NCBI GenBank assembly: GCA_023433275.1
Contig: JAEZDN010000105.1
Span: forward strand, 1 to 13,383
From: Verrucomicrobiota bacterium
GTDB lineage: Bacteria; Verrucomicrobiota; Verrucomicrobiia; Opitutales; Opitutaceae
Direction of reading: 5' to 3'
DNA: 13,383 bases
This document shows, in pieces, positions 12,449 through 13,383 of this stretch (position 1 is the stretch's first letter; each line of letters begins with the position of its first letter). A program made the translations under genes and the position numbers. The notes below the pieces were generated by a model. It was given only the letters and a program-made list of their open reading frames with translations, was not told the origin of the DNA and did no database searches.

Positions 12449-13323
12449 GGAATCGATTGGGCGCAGCGGAAGCCGAGCGAGGTGGTGGTGTTGTTGGCCT
12501 TGAGGGAGGAGCGCAGCGCCGAGCGCATGTAGGCGGCATAGTCGCTCGTCTCCTTGCTGCCCGCGGCGCCGGCGCCGCAGAACAGGTCGCGCTCGAGGCC
12601 GCTGTCGGCGCGGGATTCGCCGGTGACCATGGCGGTGTTGAAGTCATCGACCCATTCCCACACGAGGCCGTGCAGGCCGCGCGCGCCGTGGAGGTTGGTC
12701 CGGGCCGTGGCGACCGAGGGCAGCACGTCTGGCACCGGCCGCGCGAGCCAGGCGTAAAGATCGCGGTTGAACTCCGGTTCGTCCTTCCCCGCCGGCGTCG
12801 TGTAACCGGCCGCGGCGGCGAGTTCCCATTCGGCGGTGCTCGGCAGGCGCTTGCCGGCCCAGCGCGCGTAGGCGCGCGCCGCAAACCACGACACGCGCAC
12901 GACCGGGGCGTCGGGTGGGGCGCCGGCGCCGGGCTCGAGGTCGTCGGACCAGTGCTCGAGGTAGGAGGCGTCGGCAAAGAGCCGGCTGACGGCGGAGCGG
13001 CGCCATTTCGGGTTTTCGCGCACGAAGGCGAGGAACTCGGCGTTCGTCACCGGGAGGACATCCAGTTCGAAGGCCGGCACGGGCACTTGCTCGGGATCGC
13101 GCAGGGACCGTTGCACCGGTTCATAAATGCCCGCCGGAATCACGACCGACCCGCGAAGGGATGAATCGTCGATTCCGGCGCCGGGATGCTGGATATCCGC
13201 TCCGCCGCCCAAGGCGCCGAGCAGGAACAGCCCCAGCCCGACCCATGCGCGATTGAAACCGGAGGGGCGCCCGGCGGGCGGGCGACAGGGGGCCGGGATG
13301 GTGCGTGGCGCGGTGGCAAACAT
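12445..13323 (-). CDS. Formylglycine-generating-enzyme (FGE/SUMF1) domain protein, NirV-like, with an N-terminal signal-anchor
   Basis: FGE-sulfatase family hallmarks: VTNAEFLAFV, VSWFAARAYARWAGKRLPSTAEWELAA, GLVWEWVDD, and C-terminal TSLGFRCAQ. Hydrophobic segment AWVGLGLFLLGALGG. I prefer the ATG at 13323 (MFATAP, 292 aa) over the TTG at 13371. The upstream promoter is probably outside the window. Confidence 0.8.
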   Translation of the reverse strand: MFATAPRTIPAPCRPPAGRPSGFNRAWVGLGLFLLGALGGGADIQHPGAGIDDSSLRGSVVIPAGIYEPVQRSLRDPEQVPVPAFELDVLPVTNAEFLAFVRENPKWRRSAVSRLFADASYLEHWSDDLEPGAGAPPDAPVVRVSWFAARAYARWAGKRLPSTAEWELAAAAGYTTPAGKDEPEFNRDLYAWLARPVPDVLPSVATARTNLHGARGLHGLVWEWVDDFNTAMVTGESRADSGLERDLFCGAGAAGSKETSDYAAYMRSALRSSLKANNTTTSLGFRCAQSIP

Positions 13324-13383
13324 GGAAGGAAGGAAGGGCGGGCGCACCCACACCGTGGGCCCCCCGAACAAAAAATTGGTGTT

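Noticed and set aside
56-12532. Many long plus-strand ORFs in the track (for example 56-967, 974-1717, 1767-3008, 2687-3874, 6553-7980, 7812-8504, 10949-12532, 12169-13164)
   Set aside because: All are antisense shadows of well-supported minus-strand genes in GC-rich DNA. Their translations are Arg/Gly/Ala/Pro-rich low-complexity strings with no recognisable motifs.
1-13383. Search for CRISPR arrays, tRNA/rRNA genes, IS elements, integrases or defence-system genes
   Set aside because: I saw no direct-repeat/spacer periodicity, cloverleaf-like segments, terminal inverted repeats or transposase/recombinase-like ORFs. The window is fully occupied by the respiratory and copper genes.

Overview
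This GC-rich window is coding on the minus strand from end to end. I call 14 genes, one of them absent from the ORF track, in about 5 predicted transcription units. Together they look like a copper- and N-oxide-centred respiratory island.

Gene order in the direction of transcription (13323 down to 92):
- an FGE/NirV-like protein
- an SCO1/SenC protein with an (A)CCA-repeat cysteine tail
- a periplasmic HCD-N-terminus protein (DUF6448-like)
- a small Cys-motif protein
- a lipoprotein azurin
- a degenerate heme-copper-oxidase (HCO) subunit I paralogue
- a 49-aa single-TM ORF
- a CuA subunit II
- an HCO subunit I that lacks the cross-link Tyr (NOR-like)
- a membrane-anchored SCO
- a cytochrome b / 2x[4Fe-4S] / MvhD-like fusion protein
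- DUF2249
- NrfH
- NrfA, whose active-site haem motif is CXXCH rather than CXXCK

Four near-identical FNR/Dnr/NnrR-type boxes (TTGAT-N4-GTCAA/T) lie upstream of four of these units. All four have identical spacing to a -10-like hexamer. Three of them place the predicted transcription start on or next to the ATG, which would mean leaderless mRNAs.

The candidates for genuinely undescribed biology are:
- the tandem HCO-I pair (one NOR-like, one missing the HH CuB ligands)
- the cytochrome b-FeS-MvhD fusion
- the copper-handling accessory set

I saw no tRNA, rRNA, CRISPR or mobile element. All family assignments come from motif reading and recall. No database search was run.
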